Source: Catajapyx aquilonaris
Taxonomy: Eukaryota
Direction of reading: 5' to 3'
NCBI GenBank assembly: GCA_000934665.2
Contig: KZ538233.1
Location: 62,001 to 94,952 of the forward strand
DNA: 32,952 nt
Part shown: piece after piece, positions 1-11,503 of the stretch
How positions within the stretch are numbered: position 1 is the stretch's first letter
Layout of the letters: each line of letters begins with the position of its first letter
Translations under genes and position numbers: made by a program
The notes under the pieces: model-generated
What the model saw: only the letters and a program-made list of their open reading frames with translations
Told to the model about the DNA's origin: nothing
Databases searched by the model: none

Positions 1-2672
1 CTGACGTTTTATCAATTTATGGCTAAACCATGTAAGAAGTCGCATCCGCTCGAATTATGGCCCACTCAGTACCCATTTCCTACCGTTTGATATCCAGTTA
101 CGGTATCTCTCTCGTGACATCAGTGTGCTGTGGCATTTTCCATTTGCTTGCACAGTGAAGGTTAATCAATCAAAAGGTCAGGTAGCATACAGTCTCATCG
201 ATTCAGACGTGTCCGTGGGAATTGGGCTGTATCCTAAAGCCTCAGGTGGAATGTCAATTGGGTGGGATCAACTGAACTTGGGAACCACACTACTTTAAAA
301 CCTAAACAAAAGCGGCTCTATTGATCGCGGATACAAATATGGTAACATTTTCAACGAACTGAACATAGAGTTGTAACCAGCTTCTTATGAGTTAGCTCAA
401 AATGTATAATAACTAATGCATCACCATGCCGTCAAATTTTCACAAATGGCAGAGGTCGCCCAATCAAAACGTCAATAAAAATGCGGGAACAAGTTCCAAT
501 CGGCAGTAATAAGCCTGAACAATAAACGTGGACGCGTTTAATTTAAAGGATCATATTATGTCGAAGAACAATAGGTCCCTGGTCTTCTGCATACAATATT
601 TCCATTAGCGGGCTGGAATTCATTAGCTTTCATTACTCTCACGCGGTGACAAAAAATTAAGCCTTTTTAAAAGCTCATTTGCTTGAACACAATGATTTCA
701 ATAGTTTGGAATACATAATTATATAGCGTCATGGACGATGGGACGTGACGCTTTGTGCTGATGTACAAAAGATTCTAGTCCTACTATATCTGTCACAAAG
801 GCCTAATAACTACATCATGTCCGATTTTATATCGCCATTCTAATTACATCCAGATATATGCCCTGAAGAAACACGTGAAAAGCTCATCAGAATGCAGCAC
901 CGTCTCCGAAGGTGATTTCAAGCCCAGCCGGGTTCTCATTAAGCTCTGTCAGACGTTTCTTTTTAATTCTGCTCTCTTCTGTGCAAAAAACGAATGGCAT
1001 AAAAAAACGTGACATTCGTTTTTGCCATTTCCTGGTGAGAGACTTTGACGAATGCTTCGGAAAGCCCCACTTTCACACCTCATTCCCCAAAGGTTCATGA
1101 CATCATGCGTTGTCTTCGGGTCCGGATTTTTGTGACTGGAGCGGACGATGCCCCCCCCCCCCCCNCCCCCCATAATGGCGGATGCTGCTCGGGTTGGCAA
1201 TGTGTTCTGGAAGCCCCTGCTGTCGAAAAAAGGATTGTGTTTTTTCAAATTCCCCGCGGGGTTTCGACAACTGTGGCATTTCCGGATACAAATGACATAT
1301 ACGGTGCCTCGTTCCAGCGTGCACAGCACAGTATGCAAGCAGCTAATCAGACTTCTCCTTAATGGGGTCATATTGTCTACCACTAGAGTTTGAAATTAGA
1401 GTTAATGGGCTACAGTGCATCATTACCATTCGCTACCAGGGACAGACATTATTATTAGCAAGGTTTGTACATAATTAGTATTTCCATGTCATTATGAATG
1501 CTACATGCGGTTGGTCCCCCAAACTTTCAGTCAGATTTTCTATTATCAAATCATATGGTGTATGTCACAACTATAACCCATCACACACAGTATACATTCC
1601 ATATGAATTCATTGGTGCATTGTGCTATTATTACAAGCTAGCGCTGTAAATATGTGACATGGTCTGTCATTCTTCAACACCACTGACCTTTGATAAATAA
1701 ATTTTCAACGAGTAATTACCACAAGTAGGTCTACTGTAAATGTGTCCACAAGCTGCGACATCCCCGATTTAATTCAGCAATTAACGAGTAATCACTGGGT
1801 TCACGACAATGATAAGATTATACATTAATATGCCTGCAGTGATCTAAAACTGTCGCGAGTAACTGGCAAGAAAATAACGTGCCGCAGCCTGCAACGCATC
1901 AAAATACGACTATGTTGTGGCCAACATCCCTCTCGAAGGCCGGTCAAGATCAAAATTAGACTCACCGCATGTTTACAGTACATAGGTGGCCAATGTCATC
2001 GGTGTAGCTGCAGTGCAGCAGTTAATGTTAAACAAGCCTCAAACTGTTGGTACAAGTACGACCTTTAAAAAAACCCCGACTGGAAGCAACAGCGATGCCA
2101 CATTTCAAATGTTTACCACGGAAACAAGTTACATCACCTGTGAGTTAATCTCTCAACGCAAAATAGCCCGTTTCCTTCAAACCTCGCCAAAAATCCTAAG
2201 AATATAATAATGCATGTGAGGATGGAAACGACCCTCAGATTTACTCGCACGTCTTTGTCCTTGCAAATACTTGGGACCCTGGCCAGAAATTCTCGACGGA
2301 CTGAGCCACCCTCCCAAATCACGCTCGGGTTCACATTTGGCAACGCCGACTCTCACCCCTCGCCATTGAAATAATTACCACCATGTGTGCGAATGGCGAA
2401 AAGTGCAATTTCCTACCTCCTCCACAGCATCCAAATATGCCCGGGTCACACACCACTCTTTTTCACCCATTTCATCCAATCAGGATAATGCAAAAGGGGC
2501 CGGATGTGGGCCTGCTGGCTACATCGATGCATCCACATATATCTCCCACATCGTTCCGTTAAGTAAATATCTTTAATTAATTCCAGATAACCCTTTCATC
2601 AACCACCAACCTCCATTATACAGCACATTGATTGAGCATATATGGCTAATAAATTATAAGAAAGCACAAGTA

Positions 2673-2921
2673 CAGTGTTGGACATTAATCGCGTCATACT
2701 GCTTGCGACATTTGCTAATGCGGCAGAAGTGTAAATGGAAGTGTGAGCCGTGCGAGTATAAGAAGAGGTAGGCCTTGAGTGATGTCACCGGCTGGTGGTC
2801 CCAGCCAGTGACGTCACCCAAGGGCTACCATTTCTTACTCGCACGGCTCGCACTCCATCACTTCGATTTGCACGTCTGCCGCATCGGAATATGTCGCTAG
2901 CAATATGACGGAATTAATGTC
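2673..2921. mobile_element. Second copy of the same MITE, opposite orientation, right end degraded
   Basis: Starts TA|CAGTGTTGGACATTAATCGCGTCATACTGCTTGCGACATTT and matches the reverse complement of 6300-6527 along its length. Has extra central sequence; the terminal ~7 bp of the right TIR are missing. Confidence 0.85.
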
Positions 2922-5900
2922 ACGAGCAGGAAAATTCGCCAACAACTGCAGGGTGGAAAATGGAAAAGTTGCCCTTACCAAAAGCCATACATGATAGGTT
3001 GTCCTTTAGTATCAGGAAGCAGCAAGTTCCAAAACATGTCTACACCGTAAAATTGCAATCTCCAGAAGATTCGTACCCTCAAACTTTTCCATCACCCCTT
3101 TTCACGCCATTCCAACTTCACATCGCCAGCTGCCTCCTCATATTCTCTTCAAAAAAAAAAAAAAAAGGCAAAAAACCTTCTTAATTTTTTCTCTCTCTTC
3201 TCCCAACAAATTAGACGCCCGCATTTGCCACTCGAGCCGCCGTCGCCAATTACACACTTCTAGACTCACCCTATAACATATCGCTCCCGAAACTTCTCCA
3301 AACGAAACTTGGTCCGGAATTCGGTAAGACATGGCAGCTGCGAGTTTTCCCTCGACTCACAGCAAGAGACATGTTCCCCCCTCTGCAAGTCGAGCTCTCC
3401 AAGAAAGCAAGAAAAAAAAAAAGGAGACAGAAGAAGGTAGAAAAAGCAAGAAATTCTCCGAGTAGAAAGTCGCGGGATCCAAGTCGTTTCTGGCTATGTG
3501 CATCGCAGCTGACGTGTGCGATTTGCTTGTTGGCATTTCCGGATAACAAAAAATCCGGGGGCAGTGAAAAGAGAGGCGACGACAACGCTTGCAAAACAAC
3601 CATACCCACTTCAGTTGTAAAACCGACACCATTTCCATTCATGACCCAGCCCATGTCAACTAGGGGACGGCTAACGTTCTGCTACGGTGCAATTTGGCAG
3701 TAGGGACCTAGCATTTTGGCACCCCCTGCACTCCCAACCAACACTCAAAAGGCCGCAGAGTAAACAGAGTTATTTAATGTGGGAGCTCTAAAAGTAGTTC
3801 TGATCGTCGTAAAGAGGTTCTACTTCTAGTAAACGGTCAGATCAGATGCAAAGAGGGAAAGGAATTATATATGGAGGCGTTCAATTTTGAAAATGGACCA
3901 CTGAATGGCAAGAATCGGTTGGGAGATGAGGTAATTTTATTACGGTGGTTCTGATTTATATTCAAGTAGGATGAAAAGATGTCGGTGTACTTTGTTCTTT
4001 TACAATGGCGGAGTTTGTCATCCTCAACACGTGCTGGAGCTCCATGGCAACCAAGTTTTAAACATGCAAATGAGATTCAAATGTGCAACACTTGTTTTGG
4101 AAACTTCACAGATCACGTATCTACCTTACCCATAACTTCTCCTTTGTCAAGAAAAAAAAGGTATAATATTTTGCAAAGACTCCTCCCTTTTCCGTGATTT
4201 GTGTACTGTGCTACGGCCAAAAAGCCATTTCATGACGTCACATGTGGCACTGTACAATGACCAAATATAAAGTATTCAAAAAGATTAACAATTTACATTA
4301 CTGAACACATCCTGCCCACAACTCTACAAGCACCTTACTGTATGCTATATAAAAGATGCAAACTTCACGTACTACTTCGGTTTTAACATGTCGGTTTATA
4401 CGCTCCATTTATAAAAACCAACGCAGTCGCAATCCATCCCCCCACACTCATAATTACACCCCCATTCATTTACCAGATCATGCGTACAATTATTCTCAAA
4501 GCAACAAACTCGAAATTGCTAATAACGCTAATTGCGAACCTACACGAATAAAAATTAATATCCAACGGATCGAAAGGCACTGTGCACTCTCCCATCATAC
4601 CCCTCTCCACCATTCCAGGATACATCTGGCCAGCTGGCACGCACAGCTACTACCGCATTCATCCCAGTCCCGGTATCCAGGCAACCAAAAGACGATATAC
4701 ACCCATCCAGCCCTAGCTTCACCTTTACCCTGGCCTTCTCCCACTCACCAGATCTCATCTGTCTTCATAGACAGCATCCACCTGCGGTTCGATTCAATGA
4801 TGAAGTCAAAAAGCCCTTTTATTTTCCAATCAACCTTTCTATGCACTGCGCCTTACTAACAAGGAGCCGATCCATTATAGTCCAAATTGACGTACCTGCA
4901 CTAACATCAAAGATGATTCCCCAGTTTCCGGGCTCAAATAAAATCATATGCATGGGGGATGGGAGATATAAAGGGTGGGGGGCTGATATTGATTGGGCAG
5001 CAACCCAGCAAGAGCTTGAAAATGTTGATCGACTAGTGTGAGTCCAAAGTGCACAACCCAACGCGAAGCTTGTTTGGGCATGGGTGCAGCTGCTGCAATT
5101 CACCCCTCCCTATACCCCCAGCCTCGCCTCGTCATGAACCTTTTCCGTCACACCCATCAATGTACAGTTGTACACCTACAACTGAGCATCATACTGGGAA
5201 AGCAACAGTGTGCACACATTAACTGTATTATGTGTGATTATCATTGTAGTATGATGTGAACCAACCTTAAGATATGCTATGGATCAAGTGCAAATTTGAC
5301 TGCTAAATTACATTGGTCATATATACCTCAGCCTCATTTCAAATATGCCCTCATAACTATAAATCGAAACTCAATAACCCGAAAAGGCAAGCTCGGTTCA
5401 TATATAGCACACAAGAATGCATGGAATGACGGGATTGTTCATTATCTTCAATTTGCCTTTCAGCAAATGTCTGTCATTCTTCTGTGAAACCATCTATTAC
5501 TTCACGTCCTGGACATAGTGACTGCACAGTATTTCCAAGCAGGATTCGACTTCCACCCTAGAGAACTGTGCACCAATTAGAATCCATCTCTATATTAAAA
5601 AATGAAGCTACTTCCTCCCATCCCGCCACTTCCGCTTCAAAATGAGTAATAACCCTACCGAGCACAATGGCCAGTGGTGGGAGACTGCTTAGCTTAACTA
5701 AAATGCGACCGAAGCATCTGACCCCGCAAGTCCCCGCCCTCCCACCCCGCTCGCCCCGTGGCGGCCACCCACAGATAAATGAGTCCTGGGTCACTAATCA
5801 AACAAGCAAGGTCCATGCACTTCCACGTCTCTTGCCCACGGGCTGTCCGCAAGTACTTGCCTAGCACATGGAAGAGGGTTGGTGGGGACGAGGGGAGGTG

Positions 5901-6299
5901 GGATCAATATGGGATCTGGCAGCCACCTCCCCGGTAAATCTACCCAAATCCTAGATAGAGTAAGAAGGTGAGAAATGCCTCTCGCCATCCCAGGCTCATA
6001 TATTTCCATCCGAGGTGGGAGAGGTGAGGGCCACAGGTTAAGAGTCAGCGCCGGTTATGATAAGAGGGAATAGCATTTGGAATTTGTTTTCATACTTTCC
6101 GCTATAGTTTGTACCAAAAGAATTTTAAACAGAGTCTGATGGATCGCCTTCCAGCTGATCCTATCTGACCCCATCATTCAGGAAAGACGTTGTTCATTCC
6201 AGCTGGCTTCAACCACAGGACAAATTACAAACCGTGTAGCCTCATCACCTCACAGTCCACCTACCGGATTCGACCGGTGTCACATTAAAGCGGTAGGTA

Positions 6300-6527
6300 C
6301 AGTGTTGGACATTAATCGCGTCATACTGCTAGCGACATTTGCCGATGCGGCATACGTGCAAATCGAAGTGATAGAGTGCGAGCCGTGCGAGTAAGAAATG
6401 GTATAGCCCTTGGGTGACGTCACTCAAGGCCTACCTCTTCTTACTCGCACGGCTCACACTTCGATTGACACTTCTGCCGCAACAGTAAATGTCGCAAGCA
6501 GTATGACGCGATTAATGTCCAACACTG
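6300..6527. mobile_element. Non-autonomous Tc1/mariner-type MITE, complete copy (228 bp)
   Basis: Perfect 31-bp terminal inverted repeats CAGTGTTGGACATTAATCGCGTCATACTGCT / AGCAGTATGACGCGATTAATGTCCAACACTG, flanked by TA on both sides (6298-6299, 6528-6529). Imperfect symmetry continues to the centre. CAGTG ends and TA duplication are typical of Tc1/mariner. Confidence 0.88.
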
Positions 6528-8037
6528 TACATTATCTGTAAGCTGACAGGAAATGGTCAGTAGCCTGCTGGTAAAGAAAGCTGGATATCATGATCATACA
6601 AAATAACTCTCCCGTCTGCCCTCATAAAAACCCAAGTATTTCCTCCACTATCGAGCAAGGTGAGACATGCCTAACCGCCCACTTCTCATAAATTCTGGTA
6701 GGGCCAGCGGTGGGCACCGGTTATAATAAGAGAGGCCCCTCAGAGCAATTTGTAGCAGCGGGTCAGCCATGGGCGGCCATCAAGTGCAGGCTGGTCCTCG
6801 GAGTATGAAAAGCCCTTCGTCTTCATTAGTACCAGGGGTTTCTACCTCTCCCGCGGCACACTCCTCCGATATTTTACGTACATATACCAGGAGTTTTGTG
6901 AGGCTGATCCCCGATGTTCATTACTCGGCTGCCATTCTATGGGAGTGGCGGAGAGGAGCGGGCACAAAAGAGTTCCGGTTGCAACGACTGCGGATCGAAA
7001 TGGTGACGGTTCAAGAGGAGCTTTCAGTCCAACCTGTGCTGAGGTATGGTAGCCTTAAACTATTCAAATCATTTCCAAATAAATATACAAACATGCTCTA
7101 ATTTTCCACAGATTAATTCCTGGAGAGGCCCAATTTTTCTCTAACACCAACGCATTTCCTCCCCTTATTATGGACTTTTGTTTCGTCTCGTGTCCGAGTG
7201 TCATGTCACAAATTGCATCGGACAGGAAGTGAGGCTTGTATAATCCGAAGAGACTTTCCGTGTCAAACACTGTTTTGGGCTAGCCAGTTTCATATAGTTG
7301 AGAGTGACGAGATTGTTCAGCTGCAGCTTGTGAAAGCTGGTCGAATCATTATCAACTCGCAAAACCTCAGCCTATTTGCGGGTACGTAATACAAGGTGGT
7401 TGAAACCTGTTTCCATTAGTTAAGCCTCTTTAATACAGGTAAGCCGCAGAGTGTGCTGCAGTATTGCTCGTACAAGGTGAACTTGTTTCACATTAAGCCT
7501 ACAATACGCTCTCCATCCATAATTTACTGGAATAAATGACATTTTTATCGATTAAATAATGTACAGTACGTATACCAACCGAATACGCCATATCAATTAT
7601 CAACATCAAGGCCTGACTTAACTTGGGTTTAGCCCACTGAATTCCTCTTGACAATTGATAGCGGATACAGGTCTTAACCCAGGATCACTACAAAGTATTG
7701 TAAAATGATTTGTAATTTCGATAATACGCCGATTTTCATCATCAGAAGGCAATGTACCAACTAACACCATCACAATCCAACATGAATTGATCAGTAATGC
7801 TCATTAAGTATAGCTTCACTGTACTGTTCTTACACACACGCAGCAATGCACTCGGTTACATAACTTATACAAGCCCCACCACCCCGAGCACTTAGCGGTA
7901 ATTCAGCACTCATTCATAACACGGAGCCTATTCAAGCTCCATACAGGTATGTGCTAACTTAAGACTATTCACGGTAGACGCCACCGTCACCACCACACCT
8001 TTAGTGGCGCCCAACCATCCGATAAGAGCACCCCCCC

Positions 8038-8092
8038 NNNNNNNNNNNNNNNNNNNNNNNNNNNNNNNNNNNNNNNNNNNNNNNNNNNNNNN
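8038..8092. other. Assembly gap (run of N) after a poly-C tract
   Basis: Directly visible; a further single N lies inside a poly-C tract at 1165. Confidence 0.98.
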
Positions 8093-9404
8093 CGCCCGAA
8101 GCTATCTAAAGAAAATCGTTGCAGCAGCCAATGATCGTCTCTCGTCACAACCTACCTCCTCTTCGTCTTGCATCCGCCTAATTACACGGCATTATCGGCA
8201 AAACATTCGGCTAATTACTTAATTATCGCACTCGCAACAAGATACACAATGGAAGCCCCCCCCCCCCCACTTCATTTCCCAGGTTTTCTTCCCTTGCCAC
8301 TAATCATTCACTGAAAGTTGGGCCAACTTCTTGCTGAAACTATCCCTATAGTCGATAACGAATTTGTATTGGGTACCAGTCCGATTTGCGAAAGTTAACT
8401 TTGGAGACGTCTGCAGTGATTCTATGCAAATCGCTTCTTTTTGTCGGTGTAGGGCTGAAAGGAATATCAGTGGTAGTGTTACAGGGAAAGAAAGAAGGGA
8501 AAAAGAACAAAGACATTGTGAAGCGAATGGAAAAGAGAAGATGGAAAAAAAATTTGGAAAAAAACTGCAGCACAAGCCTAACTGTTACACCTGTGAAGTA
8601 CGGAGTTGGTCTGTTCTCACTTCAAGAAATTGCGCCCAAAGTTGGAATAATTGAGAAGTGGAAGTTTGCCGCATAAAAAAAAAGTTGGGGGCCATAAACT
8701 TCTCGTACGCGTGAGTAGATGCAGATTACCTACCTTCTAAAAATTCCTTCATGATTTCCCCCCTATCACCAAAGAGCTATTAAAACTTCGAAGACGCAAA
8801 CCAGTAATGTTAACGAGAAAATATTCTGCCATTCTTACAATAATAAAAAAACTGCCATATGCCATAACAAAGCCATTAAGGACACAAAATGGGCCTGCAA
8901 TTTTGATAAAGCCAGGCTCAAAAAACACTGCGACACAAACGTTGTTAAGTGCAGTTTACAAATGCCATAAATAAATTGGCAACAAAAAGGACCAAGGTCA
9001 CAGTAGGTGGTTCATCCTGCAAGTTAGATGACCAATGCACTTCTATTGCCCTGCGTGCAGTACGACTTACAGGGATAGGATAAGTACAAAATTCCTACAT
9101 ATAATCGTGCTCATCAAACCTAATCTGGCGTTCCGTTAATGAGACAATACTGCATTCGTTTCCACCCTAATCTCTGCCACATGCATGTCCATTTCCAGGC
9201 TTTTCAAGGCGAAACTTCAAAGGAGCTTCTACCACCACTCTACAGTCCAATATATGCGGTATTGCACAAAGCCCAGTAAATCACATTATCAAGTAACTTC
9301 ATCTCTCGAAGGCTATAACCAAAAAAAAAATGCATCGCATCCAGAATTCTAACGCTTCACTTCTCACACATCAGCCTAATCCCAGCAGAATATGAATTTC
9401 CCTA

Positions 9405-9445
9405 CTAATCACTGTAATACTATAGTGTAGTATTACAGTGATTAG
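9405..9445. repeat. Perfect 18-bp inverted repeat with 5-nt spacer
   Basis: CTAATCACTGTAATACTA-tagtg-TAGTATTACAGTGATTAG. Confidence 0.95.
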
Positions 9446-11219
9446 CATAATCCCGTATTAAACCCCGCTTTCTATTATGGGTTATAACGCTATCAACAGC
9501 TATCCTGACAAGCGAAGAACAGCCACTGGTATTTCCTTTTTCTGCCTGCTGTCCCTGTCAGCTCGAGTTAATTTGAGTAAATCCTTACACTGTACATGCG
9601 TACTCATATATCAACCGAGTCTAATTACACCAACTAAATCGACCTCTACTCTGGCTTCGGAGGCCTGCTTTCTCATTAGTTACTCGGCAGATGATACAGC
9701 TACATCTGACAAAATGACCCACTCTGTACGCTTACAGTATCAAATGAATTGTCCGGCTTGTCCACACGCCCTGCAGTTTCGGCCGCAATGCTGCAAGCTG
9801 TTCCAGGCAGTGAGTTCTATCGGGGACAAAGTTTTGGACACTTGGGAATTCTCAACTTCATTTCATGGCTGATAGATTGCGATGAAACGGGCCAGCAGCT
9901 ACGCCCCTGCTTCTATCCAGGAATAAAGAAACGTCAGCCAGAGAGATAGAGAGAGAGATGAGTTTTCATTTAGCGAATGCATTATTTCACGAAAATGAAA
10001 ACTCATCTATCCTTGGACATCGCATCGCTACGCCAGACTCTAGCGTTTCCAATAAAGATGTCAGAAACATACTCCCTAAATCGCAGTTTCCAACTTTTTC
10101 GATGGTCCAGGCACAGTTCCAGTTTATTTTTGAAAATTCAATGCGAACCTACTTACAGCAAGCAAGTTATTCTGTGTGGGCGCAGTTCTAAAACAATAGT
10201 AAGCATATAACATTTCAAACTACTGTTTTGCGCGGCTTAAATAACCAGCCAGAGCCTCGAGCGAGATGGTCAGTGATTCGCAGCATATCTCTGAAAAATC
10301 GGAAACCCACAAGAAGCATACTATTTTACTCTAGTAAATTCCCTCTAGGGCGTGTTACAACGGGGCCGGTTGTCAAACGCTAAAAACTACATTACCGGCT
10401 AATTTATGGTTCTCCCTTTATCACTATTGAAAATAAACTCTCACACTCTGCAGTGGTGTCAAAAAAAAAAAGGCCCGTTCTCCGCAGGGCATAAAAATTG
10501 CCCAGCATGAACCAGCTCCGGAGCGTTTTATGACTGGAAATGACCCAGCACTAGAACAACGTCCTTGCACGAAACCCCTGCCCAATTCCTCTTAGCCCAC
10601 TGCATTAAGACAAGTAACCAAGTTGGAATGGTGCATAAAACCGCTCCCCAAAACGCCAATAAAATATCGCGCAAATTCCATTTTTCCCTCCGTTGGGGTC
10701 AATTTCCAAATGGTTAGACGGCGACTCCAAATCGCTTTCCCCTCAGACACATTCGGCTTTGCAATGGCCATCACTCCAGGCAGTTTCTCACGCATGGTGG
10801 TAACATACAAGAAGGGCTACCAACCTCATAGAACCAAGAGCCCTCCCGATTATCATTCCCCCCATCTGCCCCGCCCTACCCTCTATTTTGCGGTGGTTAA
10901 ATATGACAAAGCACCAAGGAAGGAAAACGGAGCCCATCACGTCTCTTTCAAAATGAGGGAAAGCCTCTTTTTCTTATCGCTGGGAGAAAGGGAGGGCGGA
11001 TAAGATTTCTTAAAATATATGGCAAATTTCTCCCCGATGGGTTCATGAAAAATGGTGGACCTGGTAAGATGTGACGTATAGGGTTGCCTGGGGTTGTAGG
11101 CTCTTTTCAAATGCCCGTTCCTTTGATCTTAAAAGTTGGAAAAGTTGCATAGGGAATGATATGATTTTTTATTTGAATTGAATGTCAATAGTGGACTATT
11201 TTCAGATGCCTTTAAAATT

Positions 11220-11503
11220 ACTAGCATTTCTACTTCATAGGAGTATAAACAGAGTAACTCATTGATGTAACAGCGACAACAATGACTGCATTTCCATAGA
11301 GTAACAATAAAGGGTAGGCTTTTCTGCATTTTCGCCTCCTGCGTCCAAGGATGACCTCGGAGGTCAATTCCAATGTGCTAAAACCTTCCCCGTTAAAAAC
11401 TACCCCTAATGATCACCCTGTGGCATATGTCGAGGCCTCCGTATTGATTTGCACCGGGAACGTACAGACATACGTCTTGAAATATGTATAAGATGATGAT
11501 GAT
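11220..11503 (+). mobile_element. Possible non-autonomous Helitron/DINE-like interspersed repeat remnant
   Basis: Begins ACTAG and ends ...ACAGACATAC...TATGTATAAGAT(GAT)3, which resembles the ends of arthropod DINE-1/Lep1-like elements. Single copy in the window; resemblance only. Confidence 0.22.

Noticed and set aside
1274..3545. Shared 15-mer TGGCATTTCCGGATA near 1274 and 3531
   Set aside because: About one such match is expected by chance in 33 kb, and it does not extend.
8314..8643. Weak inverted similarity that might be MITE termini
   Set aside because: Only ~15/21 identity and no target-site duplication.
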